From assembly GCA_964016885.1 (NCBI GenBank), contig OZ024741.1:94922001-94986000 (forward strand): DNA of 64,000 bases, in the 5' to 3' direction. Within the stretch, counting starts at the first letter, position 1; each line of letters begins with the position of its first letter. This DNA comes from Eledone cirrhosa (taxonomy: Eukaryota). Below the pieces are notes generated by a model that worked only from the letters and a program-made list of their open reading frames with translations, had not been told where the DNA came from and made no database searches. Both the position numbers and the translations under genes were made by a program. Shown here piece after piece: positions 13,340 through 25,289 of this stretch.

Positions 13340-14167
13340 ATATCATAGATTGAGTTAAAAACTCACAATAGTCTTTTCCAAAGAAGGGAATCTTTCTGAG
13401 TCGTGTAATATAATTGGATATATGAGCACAGGAATTCTAGCTTTCACTTAATAATTCTTGCGAAACAGATTCATGTCTTTCCGGGTATCATAGGCTATTT
13501 GCCCGATATAGGTTTGTTATTTTTATTGATTTATTATGTTAAATCAAGTCAGGCAAACCATATTGTTTTAAATTAGTATTTTTTAACCTAGCTAACTTGG
13601 TCATTTGCAATTGGAACACATGTATACTTATATCTGTGATCATCCCTCTCATATATCCAATTATATTACACAGCTCGGAAAGATTCCCTTCTTTGAGCTA
13701 TTTAATTGTAAATGACTATTTTGAGTTTTTAACTCAATCTATGATATTCTCGGCTCCATATGTATGTAGAGCTAACTTTAGTCTCATAAACCCAGCTGCT
13801 ATTTTTAGTGGCATGAGTATGGGACGCGTTAGGCGCTGTAACATGTGCGTTTATACCTGCGCATCGTTCAGTCTTCTTAGATCCTTGAAGTGAAAGGTAC
13901 ACATTTTCCTGGATACCCTCAGAAGAGCACAGGAATTCTAGCTTTCACTTAATAATTCCTGTGAAACCGATTCATGTCTGTCTGGGTATCATAGGCTATT
14001 TGCCCGATATAGGTTTGTTATTTTTATTGATTTATTATGTCAAATCGAATCAGGCAAACCATATTGTTTTAAATTAGTATTTTTCAACCTAGCTAACCTG
14101 GTCATTTGCAATTGGAACACATGTATAGTTATATCTGTGTTCATCTCTCTCATATATCCAATTATAT
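13340..14167 (+). mobile_element. Non-coding Penelope-type element: 5' inverted segment plus ~243-bp direct repeats (501-bp period)
   Basis: 13424-13666 matches 13925-14167; 13340-13426 is the reverse complement of 13648-13747; TA on both flanks. Confidence 0.8.
13912..13990 (+). ncRNA. Type I hammerhead, A4 core variant
   Basis: gataccc t CAGAAGA gc acaggaatt...aattcctgt GAAAC cga ttcatg tct GTC t gggtatc. The upstream repeat copy has GAAACAGA, which completes stem III. Confidence 0.75.
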
Positions 14168-14182
14168 ATGCATATATATATA

Positions 14183-15861
14183 TCATCATCATCATCATCA
14201 TCAACGTTTAACGTCCGTGTTCCACGCTTGCATGGGTTTGGACGGGGGTAGTCCCACTTGAGGCAAGAGTGATTGTCTTGCTCGCATAGGACTGTCTGGC
14301 AGGTTTTCTACAGTTGGATGCCCTTCCTAACACCAACCACATTTACAGTGTGGGTCTGGGAGGTTTTTACCGTGTTGCCTACACGGCCACATTACAGCGT
14401 GGACTGTGTGTTTTTTTGTCGTGACACCTACACGATCTCATTTGTTTCGGCCTGGATGGCGCGGCACCAACATAACTTTACATAGAACGGGGTGGTGTGG
14501 ATGGGGTGGGGGTGGGGGTGGTGGGACGGGGTGTATTTTGTTAGAGATGCCTACTGGCTGTAGTAGGTTTTACTTCTCTGTTACTGAGTACCGCCAAAGG
14601 TCTCGGTCCAGTGACATTGTCTTGGAGAGGTGTAAGTGTGTGAGGTCGGAGTTTATCAGCTCGTCCCAGGTTATTCTAGGTCTGCCTATTCCGTGGCTAC
14701 CGTCTATCTTTATTGCCCTGCACTTTGTTATACAGCTATCGACTTTCATGCGCATCACGTGTCCATACCAACGTAGCCTTCTCTCGAGTAAACAACATCT
14801 GATCCCTCTTATTTCTAATTTTTTCCTTAGTTCGTTTATGCTTTGCCGTTCACGTATATTACTGTTACACATCCAGCGGAGCATGCAAGCTTCGTTCCTC
14901 TCTAGTCTGCGTATATCTTCTGCACACAATGCCCAGGTCTCACTGCCATGCAACATTGCTGTTCGTATGCAGGCATCGTACAACCTGCCTTTCATTTTTA
15001 GGGAGAACCCTTTAGCAGCTAATAGTGGTATAAGCTCTCTGAACTTTTTCCAACCAGTTCTGACTCTAGCTACTGTACTTTCAGAGCACCCTCCCCCACT
15101 GCTGATTTTATCGCCCAGGTAACGGAAGCTGTCCACTATTTCTATAGAACCCTCTGCGCAATTGAAAGAGCTAGTATTTTGTGGGCACTTGCTGCTACTT
15201 ATTGCACCAGAGCACCGGCCACATGTAAAATCTATGTTCTTAGTTAGCTTACCTGTGATCCCACTACATCTTTTATGCACCCATACTTTGCATTTAGGAC
15301 ATAAAATGGAGTTTCTACCTACGCCTTTCCTACACACTGAGCATGACCATTTCCCAGAAGGGACCGCCGCCTTATTTTCTTTCCTACAAACTAGAACTTT
15401 AGTCTTAGCCAGGTTAATTTTAAGTCCTTTTGATTCTAGGCCGTGCTTCCATGTTTGGAATTTCTTCTCTAGCTCGGCCATTGATTCAGCTATGAGTGTC
15501 AGGTCGTCTGCGTATAGGAGTTCCCATGGGCAGCCGGTCTTGAACTCCTCTGTTATAGCCTGAAGGGCAATAATAAATAGTAGGGGGCTGAGAACAGAGC
15601 CCTGATGGACGCCAACTTTTACGCTAAACTCTTCACTATATTCGTTGTTAATTCTAACCTTGCTGACTGTTTCTTTATACATGGCTTGTATAGCTCTCAC
15701 AAGCCATTCGTCAACACCTAGTTTTCTAAGAGCCCACCAGATAATGGAGCGGGGGACTCTGTCGAAGGCTTTCTCCAAGTCGACAAAAGCTAAGTAGAGG
15801 GGTTTACCTTTAGCTAGGTACTTCTGTAGTTGTCGTACAATGAAAAGAGCGTCTGTGGTAC
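14183..15861 (-). mobile_element. RTE LINE family A, 5' truncated
   Basis: ORF 14570..15778 with RT, PHD and C-terminal motifs; (GAT)n tail. Confidence 0.95.
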
Positions 15862-18153
15862 TTAATGAGACATACAGGAAGGTGTGGAAAAGAAAGGTCT
15901 GGAAGCTAAAAGACCTTTCACTAAAATATAAATTTAGGAAAGCCCTTCAAAATGTGTATGACGAAAAAGAAGACGATTTAGAGTCATATGACATAGATGA
16001 TAACTGGAGTTTCTTACGTGACAACTTACTGCAGGCTACTGAAGAAACTTGTGGCTGGAACAGAGCTCCAACCAGAGAGAGTGTGACCTCGTGGTGGAAC
16101 AGCACGGTAGATATGGCCATTAGAGACAAAAGGCTAGCATGGTGGGAGTAGAGAAGGATACACAGCTGCTAAGAGAGAAGCTAGACATCAGGTGTACTTA
16201 GCACGCAGGGAGGCTGAGAGGTGGAGGTTTGCCAATGTTCTGCAACGGGAAGATCAGAGATGTTCGGTGATCCGCATTGCAAGGCAGTGTGTCTGTGCAA
16301 ATCAGGATGATGTTGGAGATAAGTGTGTCCAGAATGATGCTGGTGTACTTAGGGTCACGAATGATCAGAAAAGGAGGCCTGGAAATGTTATTATAAGAGA
16401 CTGATGAATGTGGAGAACGAATGGGAGAGAGATAAATTACCCCCAGTAGACCCGACAAAGCTATTGAGATTGATGAATATAAGGTCCAAGAGGCAATTAA
16501 GGAAATGTAAATTGGTAAGGCTGCTGGACTGTCGGGGATAGTTGCTCAGATGTTGAAGGCATCAGGAGAAGTAGGCACTAAACTGGCTGCACACATCATC
16601 AATCAAGCTATATATGGCGGTGTCATACCTAAAGACTGGTGCAGCAGTATTCTCATAAATTGCTACAAAGGTAAAGGGGATCCTCTGGAGAGGACCAATT
16701 ATAGGGGCATAAAGCTGATGGATCAGGTTATGAAAGTGGCAGAGAGAATATTAGCGCAACTGATTAGAGAAAGGGTCAAATTAGATGAGATGCAGTTTGG
16801 TTTTGTGCCTGCGAATAGTACAACAGATGCCCTCTTCTTAGTGAGACAACTACAAGAGAGGTTCTTAGAGAAGAATAAGCCACTATGCTTAGCTTTTGTT
16901 GACCTAGAAAAGGCCTTTGATAGGGTACCCCGATCTGTCATCTGGTGGTCCCTAAGGAAACTAGGTGTGAGGAATGGCTTGTGAGGACAGTGCAAGCTTT
17001 GTATAGAGGTGCTGTCAGTAAAGTGAGAGTAGGAATGGAGTTTAGTGAGGAATTCCAGATACAAGTAGGAGTACATCAGGGATCGGTCCTCTTGTTCATT
17101 ATAGTCCTCCAAGCCATAACAGAGGAGTTTAAAACTGGCTGCCCATGGGAACTTCTCTATGCTGATGATCTGGTTCTTATAGCAGAATCAGTAGAGGAGC
17201 TAGAGAATAAATTCTGGCTATGGAAACAGCAGTTGGAAGCAAGAGGACTGAGAGTGAACATTGCTAAGACAAAAGTGTTGATGAGTAGAAAAGAGTACAA
17301 AATTCTGATTCCTTCAGGGAAATGGCCATGTTCGATAGGCAGAAAAGGAACTGGCATAAATTCTATAAAATGTACACAATGGAGGTCTTGGGTACACAAG
17401 AGATGTAGTGGGATAGCAGGCAAACTAACAGGTAGGGATAACTAGATGTACAGGGAAAGTTGACTGTAGTAATCGCAGTGATAGACACATCTTTCATATG
17501 CAGGAGGGTTCTATAGAAGTGGTTGATAGCTTCCGGTACCTAGGTGATCAGATTAGCATGGGAGGGGGTGTTCCGAGGCCATAGTATCTAGAATAAGGAC
17601 GGGTTAGAAGAAGTTTAGGGAGCTGCTTCCTCTGTTGACGAAGAAGGGTTTCTCCCTGCGTATGAAAGGCCAGTTATATGATGCCTGTGTGAGATGCGCG
17701 ATGCTGCATGGTAGTGAGACATGGGCAGCAACTGCAGAGGATATGCGACGGCTGGAGAGAAATGGAGAAATGAAGCAAGCATGCTCCATTTGATGTGCAA
17801 TGTCAATGTGCGTGAACGACCAAGCATAGATGAGTTGAGAGAGAAACTGTGTATAAGAGGGATAAGTTGTGGTGTGCGGGAGAGAAGACTGAGATGGTAT
17901 GGACATGTGATGCGCATAGAGGATGCCCGCTGGGTAAAGAAGTGCCAAGAAATCCCTGTAGAAGGAAGACACAGTAGAGGAAGACCACAAAAAACATGGG
18001 CAGATGTCGTGAGGGCAGACCTCAGATTGCTGAAGCTCACGGAGGAGATGACGAAGGACCGTGACAACTGGAGAGATGCTGTGCTGAATAGCATCTGTCC
18101 TACCCTTGCAAGCAGGTAAAAGCGGATGTAAATTGATAATGATGATGATGATG
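15862..18153 (+). mobile_element. RTE LINE family B (diverged, frameshifted), short 3'UTR
   Basis: ORF pieces 15840-18119 are homologous to family A (NYRGIKLMDQVMK, YADD, RWYGHVMR); tail cccttgcaagcagg...gatgatg. Confidence 0.9.
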
Positions 18154-18359
18154 TATATATATATATATATGCATAAGGAAAAGAATGACTTGTAGTTCTA
18201 AACAAATTGATTTAATTTTATAATATTATGATATCATCAGTTGGTAGATCTAGTAAGTTCTTTGTTAACTTTGGTGGGAAGATTTTAAAAGATTCCTGGT
18301 TAACTTTCCTGGAGAACTTTCTCGCATTCGTCGATGACGATGACAATTGTGTACCTTAA

Positions 18360-19183
18360 AAGTGATGCCAACATCATTTGGCCATGATGATGATGTCGTG
18401 ATCACGGCAACGTTGGAGAGAATAAAGTTTGAGTTTTTCTAGTTGACCCCAATGGTCAAGGCCTGACTTGCCATCGATCTTTTTCGTGATTGATCTTTGA
18501 GGTGCTTCAATTTTCATGATACTTTGTTTTGTGTGGGGAGACCACAGTGGACAACAGTATTCAAGGTAGGGTCGGGCAAAAGTGGAGAAGAGAAGGATAA
18601 TAGTGTGGATATCTTTCGAATGGAAGGTTCTGAGAATCCAGGAACACATCCTGTGGGCCATGTCAACTTTGCTGTTTATATGAGTGGCCCAGCTTATGTT
18701 GTCCACAATTACTCCCAAGTCTCTGATGTTAGATACCATGAGAGTTTCACCTGAAGGAAGGGAGTATGGGAGTTTCAGGGCATCCTCTTTTCCAAAGTGG
18801 ATTAACTCAAATTTACCCTCGTTCAGCAGCATATTGTTCTTCTCCGCCCATTGGATAACAGCCAGTAGGTCTGACTGAAGGCATGTCCGGTCACCCATTT
18901 CATTGATGACCTTCTGGAGCTTGGAATCATCTGCAAAGATGATGTTGCTGTGCTTGATGATGTCAGTAATGTCATTAATATAGAGGATAAAATGAAGTGC
19001 GCCAAACATAGTGGTTTGCAGAACTCCATTACAGACTTTGGCTGGGCTTGATTTTACTCCTTCGACTACAACATGTTGGGCTCTTGATTCATGGCATAGA
19101 ATCTTGTGATCAACCCTGTCAAAGGCCTTGCTGAAATCAAGGTAGATGACATCAGTGTTGGAGCCCTCTCCCAAGCTCTCAAT
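18360..19183 (-). mobile_element. CR1-like LINE RT fragment (degenerate)
   Basis: YLDFSKAFDRVDH, FADDSKL, RPYLEYCCPLWSPH; homologous to 37162-38475. Confidence 0.88.
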
Positions 19184-19193
19184 GTATGTAGAT

Positions 19194-19622
19194 GACCTGG
19201 GATGAGGTGATAAAAGCCAACCTTACTCAATTACATCTCTCAAAGGCGATGACACACGTCCATGACCTCTGGCGTCACGCAGTAATACAGAGTACCCGAC
19301 CTCCCATGGGTACAAGCTGAAGCATATAGACAATATGCCCCCACACTCCCCACTGCAAGGTGGTCGTGGAGGTGCCACGGAAAAAAAGCACCCAGCCCAC
19401 ACTGTAAAGTGGACGTGTAGGCGCCACGAAAAAGCACCCAGCACTTACTGTAAATGAGGTTGGTGTTAGGAAGGGCATCCAGCTGTAGAAATAAAGCCAA
19501 ATCAGTTCCTGTATGAGCAAAGCATGGTCAGCCGACCAGACAATGCCCACAACAGGACAACCCGTCTAACCCATGCTAGCGTGGAAGAATGGACGTAAAA
19601 CGGTGATGATGATGATGATGAT
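19194..19622 (+). mobile_element. RTE LINE family C 3' end
   Basis: Matches 20380-20795; (GAT)n tail. Confidence 0.85.
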
Positions 19623-19663
19623 ATATATATATATATATATATCATCATCATCATCACCGTTTT

Positions 19664-20795
19664 GTAAGTAGACGAGAAAACGGAACCCAGATCCCCTCAG
19701 GGAAATGGCCTTGCTCAGTATGTAGGAAAGGTGTAGGTAGGAACTCCATCCTCTGCCCAAATGTAAACAATGGGTACACAAGAAATGTTGTGAGATCTCA
19801 GGAAGTTTAACTAAGAATGTAGGCTTCATATGTAGCAGCTGCGCTGGTACAGCAAGCAGCAAACGACCACAGGAAACAAGCACCACTAAACTCTGGGAGG
19901 GCCCTGTAGAAACAGTAGACAGCTTCTGCTACCTAGGTGATCGAATTAGCAGCGGAGGTGGGTGTTCGGAAAGTACAATAACTAGGGTAAGAACGGGATG
20001 GAAGAAGTTCAGGGAGCTACTGCCACTGCTAGCTGCAAAAGGCTTTTCCCTCAAAATGAAAGGCAGACTGTATGATGCGTGTATACGAACAGCAATGTTA
20101 CATGGAAATGAAACCTGGCCGCTGTTTGTAGAAGACTTGCATAGATTAGAAAGAAACGAAGCTTGCATGCTCCGATGGATGCGTAATAGTAATATACGCG
20201 AATGGCAAAGCATAAACGAATTGAGAGAGAGACTGAGAATAAGAGGAATCAAATGCTGTGTGCAGGAGAGGAGGTTACGTTGGTATGGACATGTGATGCG
20301 TATGAAGGATGACAGCTGCATAAAAAGGTGCAGAGCACTAGAAGTCGATGGAAGCCGCAGAGTGGGAAGACCCCAAAAGACCTGGGATGAGGTGATAAAG
20401 GCCGACCTTACCCAATTGCACCTCTCAAGGGCAATGACACACGACCGTGACCTCTGCCGTCACGCAGTAATACAGAAGACCCGACCCCCCACAGGAACAA
20501 GTCGAAGCTGAAGCATATAAACAATATGCACCCCCCCACCCCACTGCAAAGTGGTCGTGAAGGTGCTACGGCAAAAAAGCACCCAGCCCACACTGTAAAA
20601 TGGACGTGTAGGCGCCACGGAAAAGAAGCACCCACCACTCACTGTAAATGAGGTTGGTGTTAGGAAGGGCATCCAGCTGTAGAAATCAAGCCAGAATCAG
20701 TTCCTGTATGAGCAAGACAAGGTTAGCCGACAACAGGACAACCCGTCTAACCCACGCTAGCATGGAAGAACAGACGTAAAACGGTGATGATGATG
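19664..20795 (+). mobile_element. RTE LINE family C 3' fragment
   Basis: PHD remnant, ORF 20056..20511 (MKGRLYDACIRTAMLHG), 3'UTR and tail. Confidence 0.9.
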
Positions 20796-20802
20796 ACACA
20801 TA

Positions 20803-20874
<72 letters not shown>

Positions 20875-20879
20875 CGTAC

Positions 20880-20933
<54 letters not shown>

Positions 20934-20965
20934 AGAACAAAAGATGGTTAAAAGAGTTCCATGTA

Positions 20966-21032
20966 TTTTATTATGCGCATTTCAAAAACAAATATCATCA
21001 TGCAATAATATTTGTGTTTTCATCAGATAAAA
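20966..21032 (-). ncRNA. Type I hammerhead (mirror copy)
   Basis: Reverse complement of 21155-21221. Confidence 0.8.
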
Positions 21033-21154
21033 CAGGAAGACATGATATGAAGGTTAAAAAACACTTGTGGATAGTGCAGTTTTAAATCAACATATGTTGA
21101 TTTAAAACTGCACTATCCACAAGTGTTTTTTAACCTTCATATCATGTCTTCCTG

Positions 21155-21221
21155 TTTTATCTGATGAAAACACAAATATTATTGCATGATGATATTTGTT
21201 TTTGAAATGCGCATAATAAAA
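21155..21221 (+). ncRNA. Type I hammerhead ribozyme with long stem II
   Basis: ttttat CTGATGA aaacacaaatatt...gatatttgttttt GAAA tgcgca TA ataaaa; palindromic stem III (ATGCGCAT). Confidence 0.82.
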
Positions 21222-21349
21222 TACATGGAACTCTTTTAACCATCTTTTGTTCTTATATATTATGTATACTCCAGTCCTACAAACTGTAGAGTGCTTCTTA
21301 TCCGATATCTGCATTGCTTTATTGTACTACAATAAAACTCACCTCCTAC

Positions 21350-21380
<31 letters not shown>

Positions 21381-21393
21381 TATATACACATAC

Positions 21394-21647
21394 ATCATCA
21401 TCGTGTAACGTCTATCTTCCACGCTAGCATGGGTTTAGATGGGAATTGTCCCACTTGAGCAAGATTGGTCGTCTCGCTTGTATGGGACTGTCTGGCAGGT
21501 TTTCTACGACTGGATGCCCTTCCTAACACCAACCACGTTTACAGTGTGGACTGGGAGGTTTTTACCGTGTTACTTACACGGCCACATTACAGCGTGGACT
21601 GTTTTTTTTGTCGTGAGACCTACATATATATACACACACACATATAT

Positions 21648-21678
<31 letters not shown>

Positions 21679-21723
21679 TATATATATATACACACATATA
21701 TATATATGTATATACATACACAC

Positions 21724-21790
<67 letters not shown>

Positions 21791-21860
21791 TATATATATA
21801 TAATTATTCGTCCAGACCCATGCTAGCGTGGAAAATGGACGTTAAACGATGATGATGATG
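21394..21860. mobile_element. Two opposed RTE 3'UTR/tail fragments (21394-21622 minus; 21809-21860 plus) around a TA/CA array
   Basis: Both match the family A 3'UTR. Confidence 0.85.
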
Positions 21861-22001
21861 AGTTACAACAGTGACATATGGGCTGAGTGCTCTTACCGTT
21901 GGATATTTCTACCAAACTTTACTACATATATATATATATATACATTACTCTATCACGTTTTAAGCCGACAGGCTGAGGCCATGCTGGGGCACAGCTACTA
22001 A

Positions 22002-22035
<34 letters not shown>

Positions 22036-22038
<3 letters not shown>

Positions 22039-22228
22039 GGAACAAGTATGACCCGGACGGCAGAGCTCAAGCCGTTTCGACGGCTATTTGTCCAGAAATA
22101 GCCGTCGAAACGGCTTGAGCTCTGCCGTCGGGGTCATACTTGTTCCTATTACCCACTCTACTATCCTAAGTATTGAGTACTTTGGTGCGTTATGGTCCAT
22201 CTGGTTCCTTACCACAATTCCTTCGTTA
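22036..22228 (+). mobile_element. Family X copy 3 with a 114-bp fold-back and the 3' half of an HHR
   Basis: Hairpin 22036-22149 with loop GTCCAG; GAAACGGC-ttgagctct-GCCGTC-ggggtc at 22107-22135. Confidence 0.85.
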
Positions 22229-22289
22229 TATATATATATATATATATATATGTATACACATATATATATTGATGAAAAGAGAAAAAGGT

Positions 22290-22498
22290 GAAGTGAGATA
22301 GAGAGAAAGATAAAGAGAATGAGAGACGCAGTGCTGCTCCCAGCTGCTGCTGCTGTTGCACAGCTAAACATCACACCAACTGTCCGTCTATCGGCTTGTC
22401 TGTCTGTCTGCACGTCCAACCGACCGACCTACCGACATGACGGGGAAGCGACCTTAGTGACGTCCTCAACTGCATTGATTGTCAACAGAAAGGTGAGT
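22290..22498 (+). other. Possible non-coding first exon of a host gene
   Basis: GC-richer unique stretch ending in a consensus donor AAG|GTGAGT (22490-22498), followed by long intron-like AT-rich DNA; no coding evidence. Confidence 0.3.
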
Positions 22499-25235
22499 TC
22501 TTTTTTTTTCATTTTACCTTTCATGCCTCTGTCGATCACTCTTTTCTATATTTATCTATGTTGATATTTCTTTCTGTCTTTCTCCGTATCGATCTGTTTA
22601 CGTACGTGTGTATGTAGGTATGCATATATGTATTTATGCATCAATTAAAAAAAATCAATCAAGGAATCTATCTATCTAACGACATCCCCCTGAGATTCCA
22701 CTACCCACCACTATATTTCTTTTCCTGTTTCACTCTTTCTATCTGTCTTTTTTTTCTAGTCTGCTTTTTCTGTATAATATACCAACAGGCCAAAATGGTA
22801 AAATTGTTCGACACATCTTTACACCACTGCAGTGTCTTAATGACATTACTATTATTAATATAATATATATAATAAAATAAATCATTATTATTATAATTGC
22901 AACTTTACAGCACAGACAGCTTAACAGTCTGCCTGTCATACTGACTAAATCTCCTAAAAGACTTTCTTGAGAGAGTAGGAGCGAGCTAGAGACGGAAAGA
23001 AAGAAAAAGTTAACTAAACAAAGTGCTCGAAGAACACAGGAAACAAACTGTCCGGTTGGTATTATCGCACAGAAATGATGGTAAGGTGGGGGACAATTGG
23101 TTTGTTGTTGTTTTATTGAAGTCTTCTTCCCTCCTCCCCACTCTTTGATCTACTAACGAGCACAAATTCCATCGTGGCTGATAAGAATCGCAAGAGTAGA
23201 GACCGAGTGAAATATTCTGTTGAGAAAACAAGTGTCTGCATGTATGTATATTTATCTCTCTATATATACAAATCTATATCTATGCTTATGTGTGTAGGAA
23301 TATATATTTGTTTGTTAAGCTATATCTATATTTATGTAATACATATAATTGTGAAATATAATAAGTGTAAAATGACAAATGGTTGCCTCCGTCCCGGGAC
23401 AATTTTTGCCGTTTTATTTCAATCCTTTTTCATTCTTGGTTATTATATATACTCACATATACACTCTCTTACTTTATACTACAATCCCCTTTATTATTAC
23501 ATTTCACATATTTGGCAACTATTTACAGTTAATTTATTTATTTGAAAACTTAAGTTCTGTTAATTCGGTAAACGTATTCCTGAAGTATTTATTGTTGCCG
23601 TGTGTGTGTGTTGTACAGCTAAAAAATAGTGCTGCTTTTATTATTGCTAACAGCATGAATATTTGGTATTGGTATGAGATAATCTGTTTTATCGATCGTT
23701 AGAGACATGTGTTTAAACTTGTGGAATATATACACACGTGTAATATGTGTGTGTGCTGTTTATAGCGATGTCTGCAATGAAGAGGTCCAAAGACAACTAA
23801 ATTGTTTAAATGTCGATACCGGATGGTATTGACATTTAAAGCTTCTGTACTACAAACATCGTGCCACTTATAGTTGAACATGTATTGTCCCTTTGGGTCT
23901 GAAGCCTTCTTCTACTTCTAAAACAACTATAGACCGATGCTCCTGAGATACCAGCACATCTATAATCACACACACATACCAACACATCTATTTACATACA
24001 TGCTAACACATTTGTTTACATAAACATATATTCAGAGGTCTCTGTTTACACACATACGTCTATTTACAGTTTATAACTCACACATACGCATCAACACAGT
24101 TAAAACAAAAACATCCTGACTAGACACACAAACATCATACACATATAAAGGATTGATAGCTTTAGTTATACCATGTGTGTGTATGTGTGTGCGTAAAGTT
24201 TTGTTGCCGCAGTAATTTCCTAATAAAATTTACCAAAGATGCTAAATGTTATTCTAGAAACATTTTGGACTATCTTGTCACTAGTTTGTAACTGTATGAG
24301 TATGCATGTAAATCATGTTACCGTTTTGTTTATTATAGTGTAAGAGACGGAGAAGGGGTATATTTTCCCGCTCCTTACAGACTTGGGCCAAACTTTAAAA
24401 AAATAACATGTTTTGTGATTCTTTATGAAAGGAACTCTACTATTTAATAATAGTTAGACCATCAAGGAATATCTAATTTCATTTTCATTTCATTTTTCTT
24501 CGACTTTTCTTTGATAAAAATCAGTAAAACAAATAAACATTAAGACTAAACCAAGTAAAAAGAATGTGATACAACTTCCAGATTTTCTAATTCTTCTGAC
24601 AAATTACCTTCTTAGTTCTAGAATCGCTTGCAGTTTTATTGTACAACTTATAAGATTCTTATTAAAAATCGTCCCATGTAATGGCTCAACAATTCTAGCT
24701 CACTACTCACCAATCATGTTTACAATCCCTTTTATAGAAATAGTCATAACTTTGGAAGTATAATAGAATTTTTTAAAGGTGACTTTATCATACATATATG
24801 TGAATACATGTCTATCAATACCAAGGCATGCGTATATAATATATACACACATAGGTGTATGTATATTTATCGAAGTGTGTGTGTGGTATGTCTGGTAGTG
24901 TGTCCTGGTTTTTTCCTCTAGCTGCCTATCTCCTATTCTGTTGTTTGGCCTAAATTTTGCGGCAAAATGACGTTGCCTGGCCGACTTCGCTGTCTTTTCT
25001 TCCCTCTTCTTCTTGGCTGGCACTGTTGCGGGCGGGACACCCGCATCTCCGGGTAGTTGTCTTTTATTTAATTTAACATACAGCATCTCGTGAGTCTTCA
25101 TTCATCCTACTAATCTGCCACCATTGGCAGTTTCATTTTACCCCCCCCCCCGTCTATTTACATACACAAACACACGTATATTCTACCTTTATGTTTATTT
25201 TCAATAGGAATGTGTGTATTATTTTGTTTTACGTG

Positions 25236-25289
<54 letters not shown>

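Larger units (their letters stand above)
20924..21348. mobile_element. TA-flanked element with a perfect 340-bp palindrome (20924-21263) and an 85-bp 3' extension
   Basis: Centre CATATG at 21091-21096; the arms are exact reverse complements by eye. Confidence 0.9.

Noticed and set aside
24703-25101. 132-aa minus-strand ORF in a GC-richer patch
   Set aside because: No recognisable domain or clear splice structure.
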